Of a DNA stretch of 64,000 bases, positions 1 through 14,167 are shown in pieces; position 1 is the stretch's first letter; every line of letters begins with the position of its first letter. A model generated the notes under the pieces. The model ran no database searches. It saw only the letters and a program-made list of their open reading frames with translations, and had not been told where the DNA came from. The DNA comes from Camelus dromedarius (Eukaryota), in NCBI RefSeq assembly GCF_036321535.1, contig NC_087437.1, positions 117,306,001 to 117,370,000 on the forward strand, read 5' to 3'. Made by a program: the position numbers and the translations under genes.

Positions 1-29
1 GTGCCGGGCTAATGGGTGTAAAGTCAGTT

Positions 30-890
30 TCCATAGGATAAATCTGCATTTCTCTGACTACAAATGCTTTTGAGCGCGCCTTCCCATGCAGGCCCCCATT
101 CCCCGTCCCTCCTCTGTAAATGGCTTTTAACCATTCTTCTCTCACGGTTGTTGAAATGTTTGTGTTGCTTGCAGACATTTCTTGTTCCACACGTTTTGAT
201 AGCTTGTTGGTTTTCTTTGTCACAACATCTTCTCCCCCTCTGTCATCTATCATCTTAGTCTGTGGTGATCTTTTCTGGAGCAAAAGTCCTTCATTTTCAT
301 GTAATCAAGCTTACTAGCTTTTCTGTGCACCTGAAGTTCTGTCCAAGAAGCCCTCCCCCACTTGTTAATCATAAAGACATTCTCTTCTGTCTCTTTCTAT
401 CATCTTCATAGTTTTACCTCTCTCGGGGGTCTTAAGTCCATCTAGAGCACACCATTATTTAGGTACAGACTCAATTCTGTGTTGTTTGATTTACTTACAA
501 TTTCCTCAGTACCATCTGTGGAACAATTTACTCCTTGCTGACTAGTTTTTGCTACCACCATTACCATACATGAGATTTCCATGTAGACCCAGGTTTTACT
601 CTGCCCTCTCTATTCTGTCCTCTGAACACACTGTCTACTTTCCTGCCTTTTTTTTTATTACTATAACTTTGAGGTATGTCTTGGTACCCAGGTGGAGAAG
701 CCCACTCCTTCACTTGGCTTTTGAAAAGCTGACTCAGCATTTACAGACCTTTCTTCCTCAGTGGTTCTTGATTTCCTCAAAACACCCACGTGAAATTTCC
801 ATTGTGATTGCACTGCATTCATGGGTTAATGTGGGAAGAATGATGTCTTTGTCTAGGGTTTTCCACCTAGGAGTTATACTTCATGGCCCT
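30..890 (-). mobile_element. Old L1 (L1M-type) ORF2/3' fragments, highly diverged
   Basis: Antisense L1 motifs such as tgcatttctctgacta and attgtgattgcactgcattcatgggttaatgtgggaagaatgatgtcttt. Confidence 0.5.
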
Positions 891-3800
891 TGGCTCCTTC
901 ACACCCAGTGACGAGGGTCAAGAGCGACACCTGAGGGCTTGAAATGGGGCACTCCCGCCCCGGAAGGGGCGCATGTCTCTCCTGGTCCCTGCAATCCACC
1001 AGAATGGGTTTCAACAAGCCCAAGAGAGGGCCGCGAATGCTGTCTTCTCCCCAGGCCCCTCCTCCATCTGCGGGGGGCAGAGGGAGGGAACCGGATCATC
1101 TAATTCTTTCACCTCCAACACCCACAGACTCAGCACGCCCATGTGCCCGGTGACTCGTCTCCATGTGCCTTTTAGTCCATTTGTGTAGGTCACTGCCAGG
1201 CCCCCCAGAGTCCCAGGTCCTTCCTGCTCCCCTCACTCCGAGCACCCTGAGATGACAAGTAAGATTCTGGACCAAGACACAAACACAAACAACCAAAAAC
1301 ACTTCCAGGCTCAGGAGAATGAAGAGAAGCAAGTGATTTAGGGTTGACCCTTGAAGGATGAGAAGGGAAGGGGACAAGTCACCCATTTTCATGGGGTTCA
1401 GCCTGGCAGCGTGGAGAAGACAAAAACTCCAATAAAAATCCCTGTTCGTTCTTGCCTGAAGAATCAGAGCAGAGTTTGGTGAAGCCACAGGCACTGAAGA
1501 GCCAGGGGAAACCCTGGGAAGGAGAGAGTCAGAGCAGGCTGTCCCCAGTTCTGGGCCTGAGTGTCACCTTCCTGTCTGACCCTTGAACCAAGCAGAGATG
1601 GGACAGAGCCCAGCTAAGGAAAAAGGAAGTCAACTGAGAAATGAGTTCCTGCTGGAGAGACAGTTTGCAGTTTGAGTCTAGGGAAATTAACTGTTACTCA
1701 ATAAACAAACATCCACATCCTTCGAAAGACGTGGTCTCCAAAGCACCAGGCTCATCACGTTCAGGGTCTGATACACAATTCTTCGGCGTATTTTTATTTC
1801 CCAGCCTCTGTTCTCACACATTCCTCCTCATAACAGCTGAGTTTTTCAGAGTGTAGTTTAAAATTTGTGATTTCTCAATTTTGACAACTTACCCTTTATA
1901 GAAGTGGTTCTTATCATTTGCAGCATGTTAAATTCACTGGGATTCTGATTCAGTTGATCTTGGAGGCAGCCCTGGCATCTCAGAGTATTAGCAGCGGCCC
2001 CAGCCCTCCTAATGTGCAGCTAAGGTTGACTGCCAGGGTCTGCCCTTCTCCCTGCTCCTCGGGGGCCCGCCCGCTCCCCACCCAGCTCACACTCACCGCT
2101 CCACCCAGGAAGGATCACCACTGGGACTGAGGGCAGGACGGCAGTGGCGTAAGAGGGGTCCAGCTGCCTGGCTGCTCCAAACCCCTGCTCAGGCACCGCC
2201 CCCCAGCCCCCCTGGGAAGTAGGCTGGGGCGTGAAGGGCCCTGAGAGCCATGACCCTCTTTGTGGATATCTGGGCGTTCCCAAACCAGCCCTTAACTTTC
2301 CGTCTTCCAAGGACCCTCCCCTAGTTTTCGGTCCTCAGATGACCCCTGGTTTTCCTGCTCAGTCCTGGGACCAGGGGCTGGAGGCGGGGCTGTAGCAGCA
2401 TCTTGGGCCAGAAGGTCGTCCACTCTCCCTTTAGTTATGAGTTCTCTTCTACCCGGTCTTTCGCTCTCTCTGGAACTCCTCGTGTTCACATCCCAGGTCT
2501 CCTGCACCTGGCTTCCGGACTCTGGCTTTCCCTCCTGGCTTCTGTTTCTTTGTGCTTTGTTTCGTGTTTGAGGTATTTCCTCCGTTTGACCTTCCTGAAC
2601 CACAGTGTGGACCTCAGCTGTGGCCAGTCTCTCTGCTGCTCATCTTGCAGTTTTCAGTTAGGAAATTTCAGAATGTCTGTTTCTGCTCCGTCTCCCTCTG
2701 TGTCTTCCTTTTTCATTTGAAGTCACCTGAACCATCTGTTCAGCCTGGTCTTCCTCCTTCAAGTGGCTGGGAGATGCTGCATTTTAAAAATACTTTTGCC
2801 ATCTTGCCAAACTGCTTTCAACAGGAGCTCGCTAATCACACCAGAAAATGAGTGTTGAAACATTTGATAAAAAATCCCATTATCCAGACATATTATCTGT
2901 GCCTTATTTGCCAGGCTTGGATGTGTCCTAAGGGTGAATTCATCTTCCACAAGAGAATATGACCATGACCCCAGTAGAGGGATTTGGACCCTCTTTTGAG
3001 CATTGTCAGTATGACTGTTGGGAATGTTAGAATGTCCTGCAGTGGCTGCCATGAGGACAGTCCTCACTGGGGTGTTCAGACTCGGACACCAAGCAGTCAC
3101 ACCTCAGCAGCATCCTGTAAACGGCACGCTCTGACATTGTGACAACTGTCCCTGTCTCTGCCAGTTACAGGAAAATCTAAGTACATATTCAACCAGATAT
3201 TTTCCATTAGGATTTTAATAATTCCACAAACAAAGACATATGAAAAAACACAGCCCCAGCTGTTAACACAGTGTTCACAGCTCCTTAGAGTCCCTTCTCC
3301 TGACTGTTACCTCATTATGTAATCACACGAACAGAAGTCAGTTACTTACATTAAAAGTAATCTAATCCAGCCTCCCAAATCATAGCTGAATCCACTTTAC
3401 AGAATTTTATTTGGCTCAAAAGATTCTCTTTAGAGTAATTTAGACATTTAGAATGTCTCATTTAGACAAATGAGCCACTTGCCAAGATTTCAGAACTAAA
3501 AATGAATCTGGGTCACTAAACGTGTCCACCAAGCCAGGCAGCACCCTGCAACAAGGTGAAGTGATACTCCTTTTTTACTAAAACAGGCGTCATTTTGCTT
3601 GCCCCATCCCAGCCCTTGCTGAGAGAGTCTTCCGCCCCGCCACTCCCGTCACCACGAAGGAAAGGCGGTGCGCCAACCCGCTGCCTGCCAGCATCCAGTC
3701 AGCACCTCTCTTGAGACTGTTTGAAAAAAGGATGCACTGGGTCAGACAGAGGTGAGGTCAGATCTGTAAGGCCTAGTAGCCCAGGGGCCGGTAGCCACTG

Positions 3801-4149
3801 GCCATCAGTCTGTGTGTGCTGATGAACCAACACCCAAAGCTGGAAGGTGAGTGAAGCGGACGTGCAGCGAAGAGCGTAGACATCTATGCGGCTGCGAGAA
3901 GGGAGTGTCTCCTGATGACTCCCCATTCCTGGGAGGCTCAGTCATACAAGTCACCTTTTCACTGGATGTGATACTCCTGACAACCAAACCGGCCCTGCCC
4001 GGGATGAGAAAAAAAATTTAAAAGCAGTAATGCTGCTTAGAATCATATTACAAATATAAATTTTCTGTTCCTTTTAAAAATGGACTTCTTTTAGGTTAAA
4101 TAAATATTTTTAAACATCTAAGTTCCTGCTGATTAAAAGAATTATATCT

Positions 4150-6130
4150 TTTTTGAGTTTTTCCCTTAGTGGTTGAGCTAGGTGTTACAATCTGACTGCA
4201 ATTTCTTATAACGCACTTCAGACTAACACTCACTTAATTCTGGTAAAATACAGACTTTGCTCTAATATAGTTCTATTCCCTCCTCCAATTGTCCTGTTGC
4301 TATTATATATATTAAATCTATAAATGTTAGAAAACCAACAATACAGTGTTAGAGTTACTGCTTTGTAGCATCCAGTCTATTGAAGAAGTTAAGAGAGTAA
4401 GAGAGAAAAAATATATTTAGAGACATCAGCCTCCATGTTTACCATTTCCGGTGTTATTAATTTCTTCCTCTGGTTTTGTTACCAGCTGGGGTCATTTTCT
4501 TTCAGCCGGAAGGGCTTCTTTATTGTTTCTTGTAAGGCAGCTCTGCTGGCAACGAGTTCTTTCACTCTTTGTCCGGGAATATCTTTATTTTGCTTTCATT
4601 TTCGAAGAACAGATTTGCTGGATGTGGAATTCTTTCTACCCCCACAACAGTTTTATTGAAGTATAGTTGACATCTAACATTGTGTTAGTTTTAGGTGTAC
4701 ATGGTGATTTGATATATGTGTATATTGCAAAATGGTTACCACAACAAGTAGAATTCTTGATTGATAGTTTTTTTTTAAAAAATTTTAAGCATATTGAATA
4801 TGTCATTCTCCTACTTTCTGGCTTTCACTTGTCAGATAAAAAGACACCTATTAATCATTCATATTGATGCTCTTTGTGCCTGAATTGTTTTTCCCCAGAT
4901 CTTTTCAATATTTCCTTAGTCTTTGTCATTCTACAATTTGCTATGCAGTGTATAGGTCTGGCTAGCTTTGAATTTATCCTATTCAATGTTCATTGGGCTT
5001 CTTGGATATGTAGATGTTAATGATTGAATATTTGGGTTCCTCCCCAGATTTATATAATGAAATCTAATTTCCATTGTGGTGGTATTGGAGGTGGGCTTTT
5101 GGGAGGTAATTAGGTGACTAGTGTCCGTATAAGGAGAGGCCAGAGAGCAAGCTTGCTCTTTTTCTGCCCTGTGCGGCCACAACAGGAAGTTGTATCTCAT
5201 CGGAACCCAGCCGTGCTGGCACCCTGATTTGGATGCCACGTGAGAAGTAAATGCTTGATATTTACATTACCCGGCCTATGGTGATTGCTTTAGCAGACTG
5301 AATTAAGATGGTAGAGCAATGCCTTTTTGTAAATTTTGGAAAAACTTGGCCATTATTCCTTCAGTTTTTTTTCTGCTTCTTTTTCTCTCTTCACCCTTTC
5401 TGGAATTTTCACTGCATGTAGATGTTACGTTTAATGATTTCTCACAGGTCTCTGAGGCCCTGTTTACTATTATTCAATCTTTCTTCTCTCTTATCTTCAG
5501 ATTAGCAATTTCTATTGATCTGTCTTCAAGTCCATAGAAACGTTCTTCTGTCGTCTTAAATGTGTTGCTGGGCCCTTCTGGTGAAAGCTTCATTTCAGTT
5601 ACTGGACTTTTCACCTCCAGAATTTCTGTGTTCCTTTTTATTTAGAATTTCTATCTCCTTATTGAAAGTCTCCATTTATTGATTCATTGTTGTATAATTT
5701 CTTTTAAATTTTGTACATGTGGTTTTCTTTAGTTCCTTGAATGTATTTATAATAACTGCTTTGGAGCTTTTGTCAGCTAAACCCAACCTTTGGGGACACT
5801 CAGTGACAGTGTTTATTGAATTTTTTCCCCTGGTGTTATGGGTCATTGTTTTATTTACATGTCTTGTAACTTTTTTTAAAACTTGGTATCTTAGACTGTA
5901 TTTTGCATCAACTCTGAGTTCTGATTTTCCCCTAGATGTTTTTATTGGTCTTTTTTCCTTTGTTCCTTTGTTTAATGACTTATTTAGGCTAAATCTGTGA
6001 ATTGGCTTTTTTTCCCTGTGGTATATAGCTGCTGTTGAATATGCTTTCTATAACTTTTGTTGTTGTTGTTTTGTTTAAAAGCCTGGTTTCTTAGGGTTCA
6101 CTTCCCTATCTGTGCAGCTTAGCAGTCAGC
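4150..6130 (-). mobile_element. Old L1 5'/ORF1 region, antisense, interrupted by an L1 3' fragment (~4650-4750) and an MLT1
   Basis: T-rich antisense L1 motifs (ttcttgtaaggcagctctgctggcaac, tttctcacaggtctctgaggc, tctattgatctgtcttcaagt). Confidence 0.65.
5030..5310 (+). mobile_element. MaLR LTR (MLT1A-like), internally deleted
   Basis: ggtattggaggtgggcttttgggaggtaattagg ... gctggcaccctgattt ... gcagactgaattaaga. Confidence 0.7.
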
Positions 6131-6289
6131 CAGTGAGGCTGCACAAATATTGAACTCTGTTCATGGTAGAGTGGGTCTTGTCTAAGTACACAGATTCTGT
6201 CTCTGAAACTCTGTGTTGAAATTCAAAGTTGAGGAAAAAAAAGCGTTAGTGAGGGTCAAACTAGGAAATGGACTGATGAAAGCACACAC

Positions 6290-6660
6290 TTAAAAAATTA
6301 TTGATACATAATATATATTCAAAAAAGGGCATGTATCCTAAATATTCAGCTCAATGAATTTTCATAGGCAGAGCACACTTGTGAACTGGAACTCGGATTA
6401 AGACTCAGAACATAACCAGAACTCCAGATGTTCCCCTCAAACACACTTCTGCTCACTCTCATGCCACCAGGGTTGGCTGCTTTTCTGACTTCTAAAACTG
6501 GAGGTTAATATTGCCTGTTTTTGAATTTTGTGTCAATGGAAACTTACAGTAGGTCAGCTTTGCTGTCTGGCTTTTCTCCATGTTACGTCTGTGAGATTTC
6601 ATCTACATTTCTGCGTGTTGTTGTAGATGGTGCATTCCTCTTTCTGTACGGACTTTCACT
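6290..6660 (-). mobile_element. Old L1 3' end fragment
   Basis: ttattgatacataatatat ... ttcagctcaatgaattttca ... tgcctgtttttgaattttgtgtcaatggaa. Confidence 0.55.
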
Positions 6661-6769
6661 GCTTGAATCTGTGGTCTGCAAAGTACCCAATTTCCTAAGC
6701 ACTCCCAGGTTTTACAACAGCAGAATATACAAATTTGCTCCTTGGGACCAAATGATATGCAGACTTTGA

Positions 6770-7975
6770 TATCAGGCACATGAAAATATGCTCATCATTA
6801 CTAATCATCAGGGAAATGCAAATCAAAACCACAGTGAGGTCTCACCACACACCTGTCAGCATGGCTTTTATCAAAAAGACAAGAAATAACAAATGGTGGC
6901 AAGGATGTGGGGAAAAGGGAATCCTTGTACACGGTGGCAGGAATGTAAATTGGTGCAACCACTATGGAAAACAGTATGGAAGTTCTTCAAAAAATTGAAA
7001 ATAAAACTACCATATGGTCCAGCAATTCCACTCTTGGGTATTTATCCAGAAAGACAAAAATGAAAACATGAATTCAAAAAGGTATATGCAGTCCTATATT
7101 CATTGCAGCATTATTCACAATAGGCAAGATATGGAAGCAACCTAAGGGCCCATCAGTAAATGAATGGATAGAGATGTACTATATGTGATATATGATATAT
7201 AAATATATATGTGTTTATATACATAAGACATAAAAAGAATGAAATCTTACCATTTACAACAACATGAATGGATTTAGAGGACATTATGCTAAGTGAAATA
7301 AGTCAGACAGAGGAGGACAAATATTGTATGATTTTACTTACATGTGGAATCTGAAAGACAAAACAAATAAACAAACACAACAAAACAGAAACAGAGTCAT
7401 AGAAACAGAGGACAAATGGGTGGTTGCTAGAGATGGGGGAGGAGAGAAATAGGTAAGGGAGATTACGAGGTACAAGTGTGAAATTTACAATGTGGGGACT
7501 ATAGTTAATTATGTAATATTTTCATATGGAAATGTCAAATCACTATGTTTTGTTACAGGAACTAACACAGTGTTGTAGGTCAATTATACTTTGAAAACAA
7601 ACAACAGATGCATAGAAAAAGAGATCAGATTTGTGATGATCAGAGGCTGAGGGGGAGGACTGGATGAAGGTGAAAGGTACTAGCTTTCAGTTATAAGATC
7701 AGTAAGTATTAGGGATGTGATGTCCAACACGATAAATATAAGTAATGCTGCTGTCCATTATACATGCAAGTTGTTGAGAGTAAATCCTAAGTGTTCTCAC
7801 TCAAGGAAAAAAAAATTTTTTCTGTTTCTTTTATTTTGTATGTATGTGAGTTGATGGATGTTTACCAAAGTTAGTGTGGTGATCATTTCATGATGTGTAT
7901 AAGTCAAATCATTACACTGTCCACCTCAAACTTATTCCGTGCTGCATGTCAATTACATCTCCTAAAAATGGGAAG
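6770..7975 (+). mobile_element. L1 ORF2 C-terminus and 3'UTR (L1MA/MB-like, possibly two stacked 3' ends)
   Basis: ORF 6780..6998 reads [17 protein letters not shown]...GCGEKG, a typical L1 ORF2 C-terminal segment, followed by L1 3'UTR motifs. Confidence 0.85.
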
Positions 7976-9516
7976 AGAGAAAAGAACTAAGGAAGCCCCA
8001 GAAAAGAATGAATGTGTTCTCCTTACAGAAAGCATCTCACAGCTCCAATCAGGGATTCAGAGAAGAAGAGGGCACTTGAAATTTACAGGAGATGAAGATG
8101 AGTTGGGGAAGCGGCTCTCTCAGCACATGGCTCTCATTTCCCTTTCAAACAATTTAGTTCCTTCAAAGTCCCTTGCAAGCTGACTGTTGTAGGTGCACGT
8201 CTTGTGGAGAGAGGAGGGAAAGCGGGTAACTCATTTCTCTTTCAGCATCAGTTCTTTGCTCTCCATTTCTCTCCCAGAAATGCTACAGACCAGGAGGAGA
8301 GGGCACAGTGTTGTGGGGTGGAGTGAGGGAGAAGGAGATGGGAAAAGAAATATAAATACTGGTGAGAAATGAAAGAATGATGATTTTGACTAAATTTAGA
8401 ATTTTTTGAAATATGGTTTATTTATTGTTTATAAATACATCCTGAAAAAAAATAGGGACAGACTTTAAAACCAGTGGATGGCTGTGTTTATTTTAATTTT
8501 GGGTGAAAGGTCAGAAGAAGTCTCCAGGGAATAGCTGGAAACAGATAGAAGCCAGTCCTTGGGTGAGTGGTTGGCCTGTCTGCAGAGAGAGCATCTGAGC
8601 ACTAACAAAGAAAACCTTGAGTTGAGATGATAGGAAATTGAATTATGAACTCTTCTGGACCCCAATAAATGGATTATAAAATGACTGCTTTATGCCCTGA
8701 GCCAAACTTCTGTGTTTGGGCAGCTCCACTGATCTGCTGCCTGAGGATAGGTGGGTGTCTGTCACACTCAGGTAGGTTTCCACAAATGCATGGGAACACC
8801 TGCATTTTGCACATTGATATAATTCACATGGCAAGTTTTATACAAATAATAACAGAAGCTTTTATACACTGGCGGAAGAAAGACAGCCATAAACTGTTGC
8901 TTGAGAAATTACATTTTAGGAAATAGCGTTTTCCTTGGAGAAAACATCAAAATTAATGGCTTAGTAACTTTATCAAAATAATGCACTGAAGACAATATGG
9001 TGTCCTTAAGCCTAAAAAACCCATGCAGGTTGCAAACCCAGAGTCGATCATGGCTATTTAAATGGTATAGAAGTGGATTTTTAAAATGTGGAGAGGCAAA
9101 TTTTACAATGTTACTGTGAATAGTCATACCAAGCCAAGAATTTAATATGCTTTCTTTTATAATGTTGCAGCTCCTTCCTAAAGGGATGTGATTCTATGCT
9201 CTCAAAAGGCATTGTTGAAAAACTCCCCCAGGGGCCAGACGCGACCCGGACACACTTCTCTTGTGATGGCTACCTAAGTAATTTACAAATTGATGTGATT
9301 CAATCATTCACAATGTATTCAATCAAAACATTTGCAGTTATTGACGAATCTCAGAACTTTGTTATCAGAAACAAAATAATTTGGGGCTATGAAAGAAAAG
9401 CTGGTTCAGGAAAAAACCTGCAAAATAAATTGGCCCAAGTCTGGGAAAGTTGGTAAATAAGATCCTAAGGGAAGGGCAAGGCTGCTCTGCTGACCTTCAT
9501 AGGCCCCCACCAGAGT

Positions 9517-9620
9517 GGGGGGGGATAGCTCCGTAATAGAGCCTGTGCTCAGCATGCACAAGGTCCTGGGTTCAATCCCCAGTACCTCCATCAAAACAAA
9601 CAAACAAACAAACAAACACA
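9517..9620 (+). mobile_element. tRNA-derived SINE, Vic-1-like (camelid)
   Basis: ggggatagctcc...agcatgcacaaggtcctgggttcaatccccagtacctcc with Pol III A/B boxes and an (aaac)n tail. Confidence 0.8.
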
Positions 9621-9749
9621 AAACCTTTAGGCACAGATCCCTTTTGGATACAGCTACATGGTCCACACAGGAATGGGGAGAAACTCGTCTCTGAGCCCCC
9701 AAATTACAAAGTCTTGATCAAAACCCATTCCGTTTGCTTTTTAAAAAAA

Positions 9750-10345
9750 ATTTTTTTTATTGAATTGTAGTTGATTTACAGTATTAGTTTCAGGTGTATA
9801 GCAAAGTGATTCAGTTATACATATACATACATATATATTTTTTCAGATTCTTTTCCATTATAGGTTAATACAAGATACTGAATGTAGTTCCTTGTGCTAT
9901 ATAGTAGGTCCTTGTTGTTTATCTATTTTGAATATAGTAATGTGTGTCTGTTAATCCCCAACCCCTAATTTGCCCCCTCCCTACCCTTTCCACTCTGGTA
10001 ACCACTGTTTGTTTTCTATGTCCATGAGTGTTTTTGGTTTGTAAATTGAATCTGTATCTTTTTTTTTTTTTGGTTCCACATATAAGTGATATCATGACAT
10101 TTGTCTTTGTCTGACTTACTTCACTCAATATGATAATCTCTAGGTCCATCCATATTGCTGCAAATGGCATTAGTTCATTCTTTTTTATGGCTGAATAATA
10201 TTCCAGTGTGTATATATACATATACACACATCTTCTTTATCCAGTCATCTTGTTGATGGACACTAAGTTTGCTTCCATGTCTAGGCTATTGTAAATAGTG
10301 CTGCCATGAACACTGGGGTGTATGTGCCTTTTCAAATTAGTTTTC
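9750..10345 (-). mobile_element. L1 3' end, artiodactyl-type
   Basis: Poly-T, then ttattgaattgtagttgatttaca; minus-strand ORF 9919..10227 reads EYYSAIKKNELMPFAAIWMDLEIIILSEVSQ (L1 ORF2 end). Confidence 0.9.
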
Positions 10346-11283
10346 TCTGAAAATGTCCCTTTTGCTTTTGACTTAGAACTCTACTTTCTGAAGGAGACCT
10401 CAGGGAGGGGCTGGGCTCCCCACATCCTCCCAGACTGTTCTCCTGGTTCCTTCCAAGCTTCTTCCCCAGGCCCCAAGCACCATCTCTTCCTTTCTCCTTT
10501 AACTCCAATGCCACCCTTTACAACTGTCTTATGAAAATGAATGCCTGGGTGGGGTGGAAGGAACCCCAGTCCCCCACCTCATCTGCACATGAGCTCCATT
10601 TGGACTCCCAGCTACAGTGAAGTGAAATATTTAGCACAATTCTTGGTATGGAGTAGCAGCTCAAAAAATAAATGAGGGCACACAGTGGACCAACGCTTGG
10701 GTTCCTTGCAAATTCACTCCCATGCCCTGCAATGCCTCACCCACATCTACAGCATAGGAGAGAACACGGCCCTCAGCGACAGGGAATGGTCTACATAACA
10801 ATCTAGTTGGTAGGCTATGTCTGTCACCCTGCAGGTGTGAAATATGGCAGCTAAGACCCTGGGGTGCCTGTACAGGTCTGGATGGCCCGTGTGCGGAGTT
10901 CCTCTTGTCTGCTGTCAGGGTGCCTGGGCTCCCGGCCACGGGCACTGCTGACTCCTTCCCCAGAGTGGAGCTGCCTGGATGGGCTGAACGGACAGACCCT
11001 CAGCTGCTCCCTCTGCAGCTTTCCCCCTGCCGGGGAGACTTCTCCCTGTGCTTTTCTTTTCTTTTCTTTTCTACTTTCTTCCTCCTTATACCTTCTGTGT
11101 TTCTTACTCTCCTGAGAAGGGCTGGTTTTCCACAGGTACTCAACCAGCTAGACCACAGATTTCTACAAGAACTGAGCGTAATCTTTGGAGCCTTGGTTCT
11201 TCTCTGATTTTGTCTTTTGATGCTGAAGACCTGCTTCTTCCAGATTAAAATGACTTTTGGGGTGGAAGCTGGAGGTGGGGGTG

Positions 11284-11677
11284 TGTTATAGGTTGAATTA
11301 TGTAACCCCAATTCATAGACTGGAGTCCCGATCCCCTAGTACCTCAGAGAGAGGCTGTTTTGGAGACAGGTTTTTACCAAGTTAAAATGAGGTCATTATG
11401 GCAGCCCTTCATTCAATATGACAAGTCCTTATAAAAAGGGGAAATTCGGAGACAGACTTGCTGATGGGGAGACATCCCGTGACCATGAAAAGAGCCATAG
11501 ACAAGCCAAGGAGAGAGGCTGGACCAGATCTTTTCCTCACAGTCCTCACAGGGAATCAACCCTGCCAACACCCTGATTTCAGATCGTAGTCTCCAGAAAG
11601 ATGAGACAACGCGTTTCTGCTAGTTAAGCTGCCCAGTCTGGGCTACTCTGTTATGGCAGCCCAAGAACAATAAAACG
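11284..11677 (+). mobile_element. MaLR solo LTR (MLT1B-like)
   Basis: Starts tgttataggttgaatt, ends gttatggcagccc...; 5-bp target-site duplication (TSD) GGGTG at 11279-11283 and 11678-11682. Confidence 0.85.
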
Positions 11678-13518
11678 GGGTGACTAACAGACTCAGAGCT
11701 ATTTAGGAAACCTCGTGTTCAAGGTACGTGTGATGGCAAGAAAGAGGGATGTCTATGTATGTATGTATATTTGCAGATACATACATTTGTATAGTCTCAT
11801 TTTATTTATGTATTATGAATGGGGTATCCTTTAAAACAGGAAAATATGCAAACCCCTCAGTAGGTGTATTTGGCTGGGGGCTCACCCACCAGCATCTGTC
11901 CTTCAGGAAGGGTGGGTTCGACAGCAACATTCTGAGCAGCTTCTTCAGAATTTCAGCTTGGATAGCTGCCCAGAAGACCGAATAACTCATTAAAAATGAT
12001 TTTTGTAAATTTTGATTGAGAACATCCTGTTTGCCAAACATGACTACGTCTGAGGCTTCTGATACTTCTGCCATAAAAGCTCATTTGACCCTTCAGATTC
12101 AGTAAAGACTGTCTCAAAGAAATCCTCACATCTTAAGAAGATACATACAGAATTGTTCACCGTGGTTGTCTCTGGGTAGCGATCATGGCATTTGGGGAAC
12201 TTGGCGCAGCTCCAGAATCTTTGGATTATTCCACAGCGAGCGTGTGTACTTTTGATGTTTTTAGTGCAAGTGTGGGAAAAACCCTGTGCCGTTTCGCTTT
12301 CATTCCCAAATACCCCTTTTACATTCCAATGAAAATAGAAGTGGCTTCCTGCTTTTGATGTGCTTGTATTAGAAATTCTGAATATGCTCGCTCTTCGTGG
12401 CCACAAACTTCTCAACTTATTTTCTTGGCATCCCCTCGACTTGATCTCTTGCTAGTATACAACTTTCCCTCCTTCCTGGATTTTTTCCTTCTCTTTATTT
12501 TAAAGAAATGTTAACATTCAGCAATCTAACTCCAGACTCTGAAAAGGGATATTTACCCATAAGGAATAGAAACTTTGAAAAAATAAAATGATGAATTAGA
12601 ACTCACGAGTAATACTAAAGGGAAAGGCACCTAGAGAAGACAGAAGGCTGCACAGGACGGTCTTTGAGCTCAGCTTTATGAAATAATGTACAAAGGATGA
12701 GGGGAGGTGCTCTGTATAAATGGAATAAAACTCTTTGGCAGGGACCTGTAAGGAGAAGGTCAGGTGACTGAGAAGTGTAAGACCTCAGTGAGGAAGATGT
12801 TCTCGCGCCCTAGGTAGAGGAAAGCCAATGGAATCACTCAATCTGTGGTCTTCCAAAGAAGGTCTTCTGGCTGGAAAGAGTGGGACAATATATAAAGGGA
12901 GGGAGACACAGGAGAGATGAAAAGATAGTCAGAAAATTAATCCAGCATTTCAATGACAATGGACGCTTCAGCTCCAGATCAGTCACATCCCAGAGTATTT
13001 CTCAGAGCTCCTACCGGGCACCTGTGAGAAGCCGCAGTCGTGGGCAGTGACGGGGTCCAGACGAGGGGAAAAACAGAGAGTCTCTGTGCTGTTGAACTTA
13101 AAGTCAGTTCCTGGGAAACAGGTGGCATCTGAACATTTACAAGAGGAAATAGCGACCACCCTGGATAAAGAGTCTTGATCCTCCCTGTCTTCTGTTGTTC
13201 AAATATGCATAAAAGCTGCCGTGAAACAGAAGGTGCAGAATCATTTAACATTTATGAGGCCCTTTCAACAGTGTTTATCTTCTCAGGCAACAGATGCCAT
13301 CAGGTGGGGGGAACAGAGGATATTTGTTTTATTTAAAAAAAAAAAAAGCAAACATTTCTCTTACCTACTATGTGGGAATCCTTGAACTTGGTTTTCCACG
13401 TAAACCCTGGAAGACCTCAGCACCTTCACCTCAAGGGGTGCCTTCCACCCTCACGTTGACCCTGCTCTCAGGTGTGGAGACCTCACTGCCTTCCTGCCAG
13501 AAAAACACATGCTCCTTT

Positions 13519-14167
13519 TGTCAGAGCGGGCAGACAGCTAGATATGAGCAGAGAAAGGGGGACACAGACCAAATGGCAGGAATTGGGCAGAAAGGAGGGG
13601 CACAAGCCAAATGCAGGAAACCATACATCATGTAAGCACCTGGGGTCCCTGGGCAGAGAAAGAAAAGCGGGAGCCTTTGGGCTGATAAGTGGTCACCACT
13701 TTTGGGATGATGAATGGCCTGGAGATCGATAAAGAAAGGTAGGAATTCCCAGTGTCCGAATGTAACCTTTTGCTCATTATGCCCGCATTTCAATAAAGTT
13801 AGCCTTGTGAATTAGAAGTACCCATCATGCACCGTTGTCATGACACTTCCAATTGAGACTAAATAAGGACAAAAATCCCTCCTCCCTTTGGGAAGGTGGA
13901 GTTGGGATGATAATCTGGGAATGTGACCCCAAAACCTCCCCTCCCCAGTGAATATTCCGCCCATTCATTTTTATACCATATGTAACTAACTTGCCAAAGA
14001 AACACAGGGCAGCCACTTACCTGAGCCTGCCCACTCTCCCCTTGAGCGTGTACTGTCCATCCCTTAATAAATCCTCACTTTACTTTTTTTGATCACTATG
14101 TCTTGCCCCTGAATTCTTTCTGGGATGGGTCAAGAACCTGGAACACCTGTTACATCCATCGGCAACA
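13519..14167 (+). mobile_element. ERV1-class solo LTR (MER41/MER4-group-related)
   Basis: TG...CA termini (tgtcagag ... ggcaaca), 4-bp TSD CTTT (13515-13518, 14168-14171), AATAAA at 14066 followed by tcactttact and gaattctttc...caagaacc as in MER41-group U5. Confidence 0.85.
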
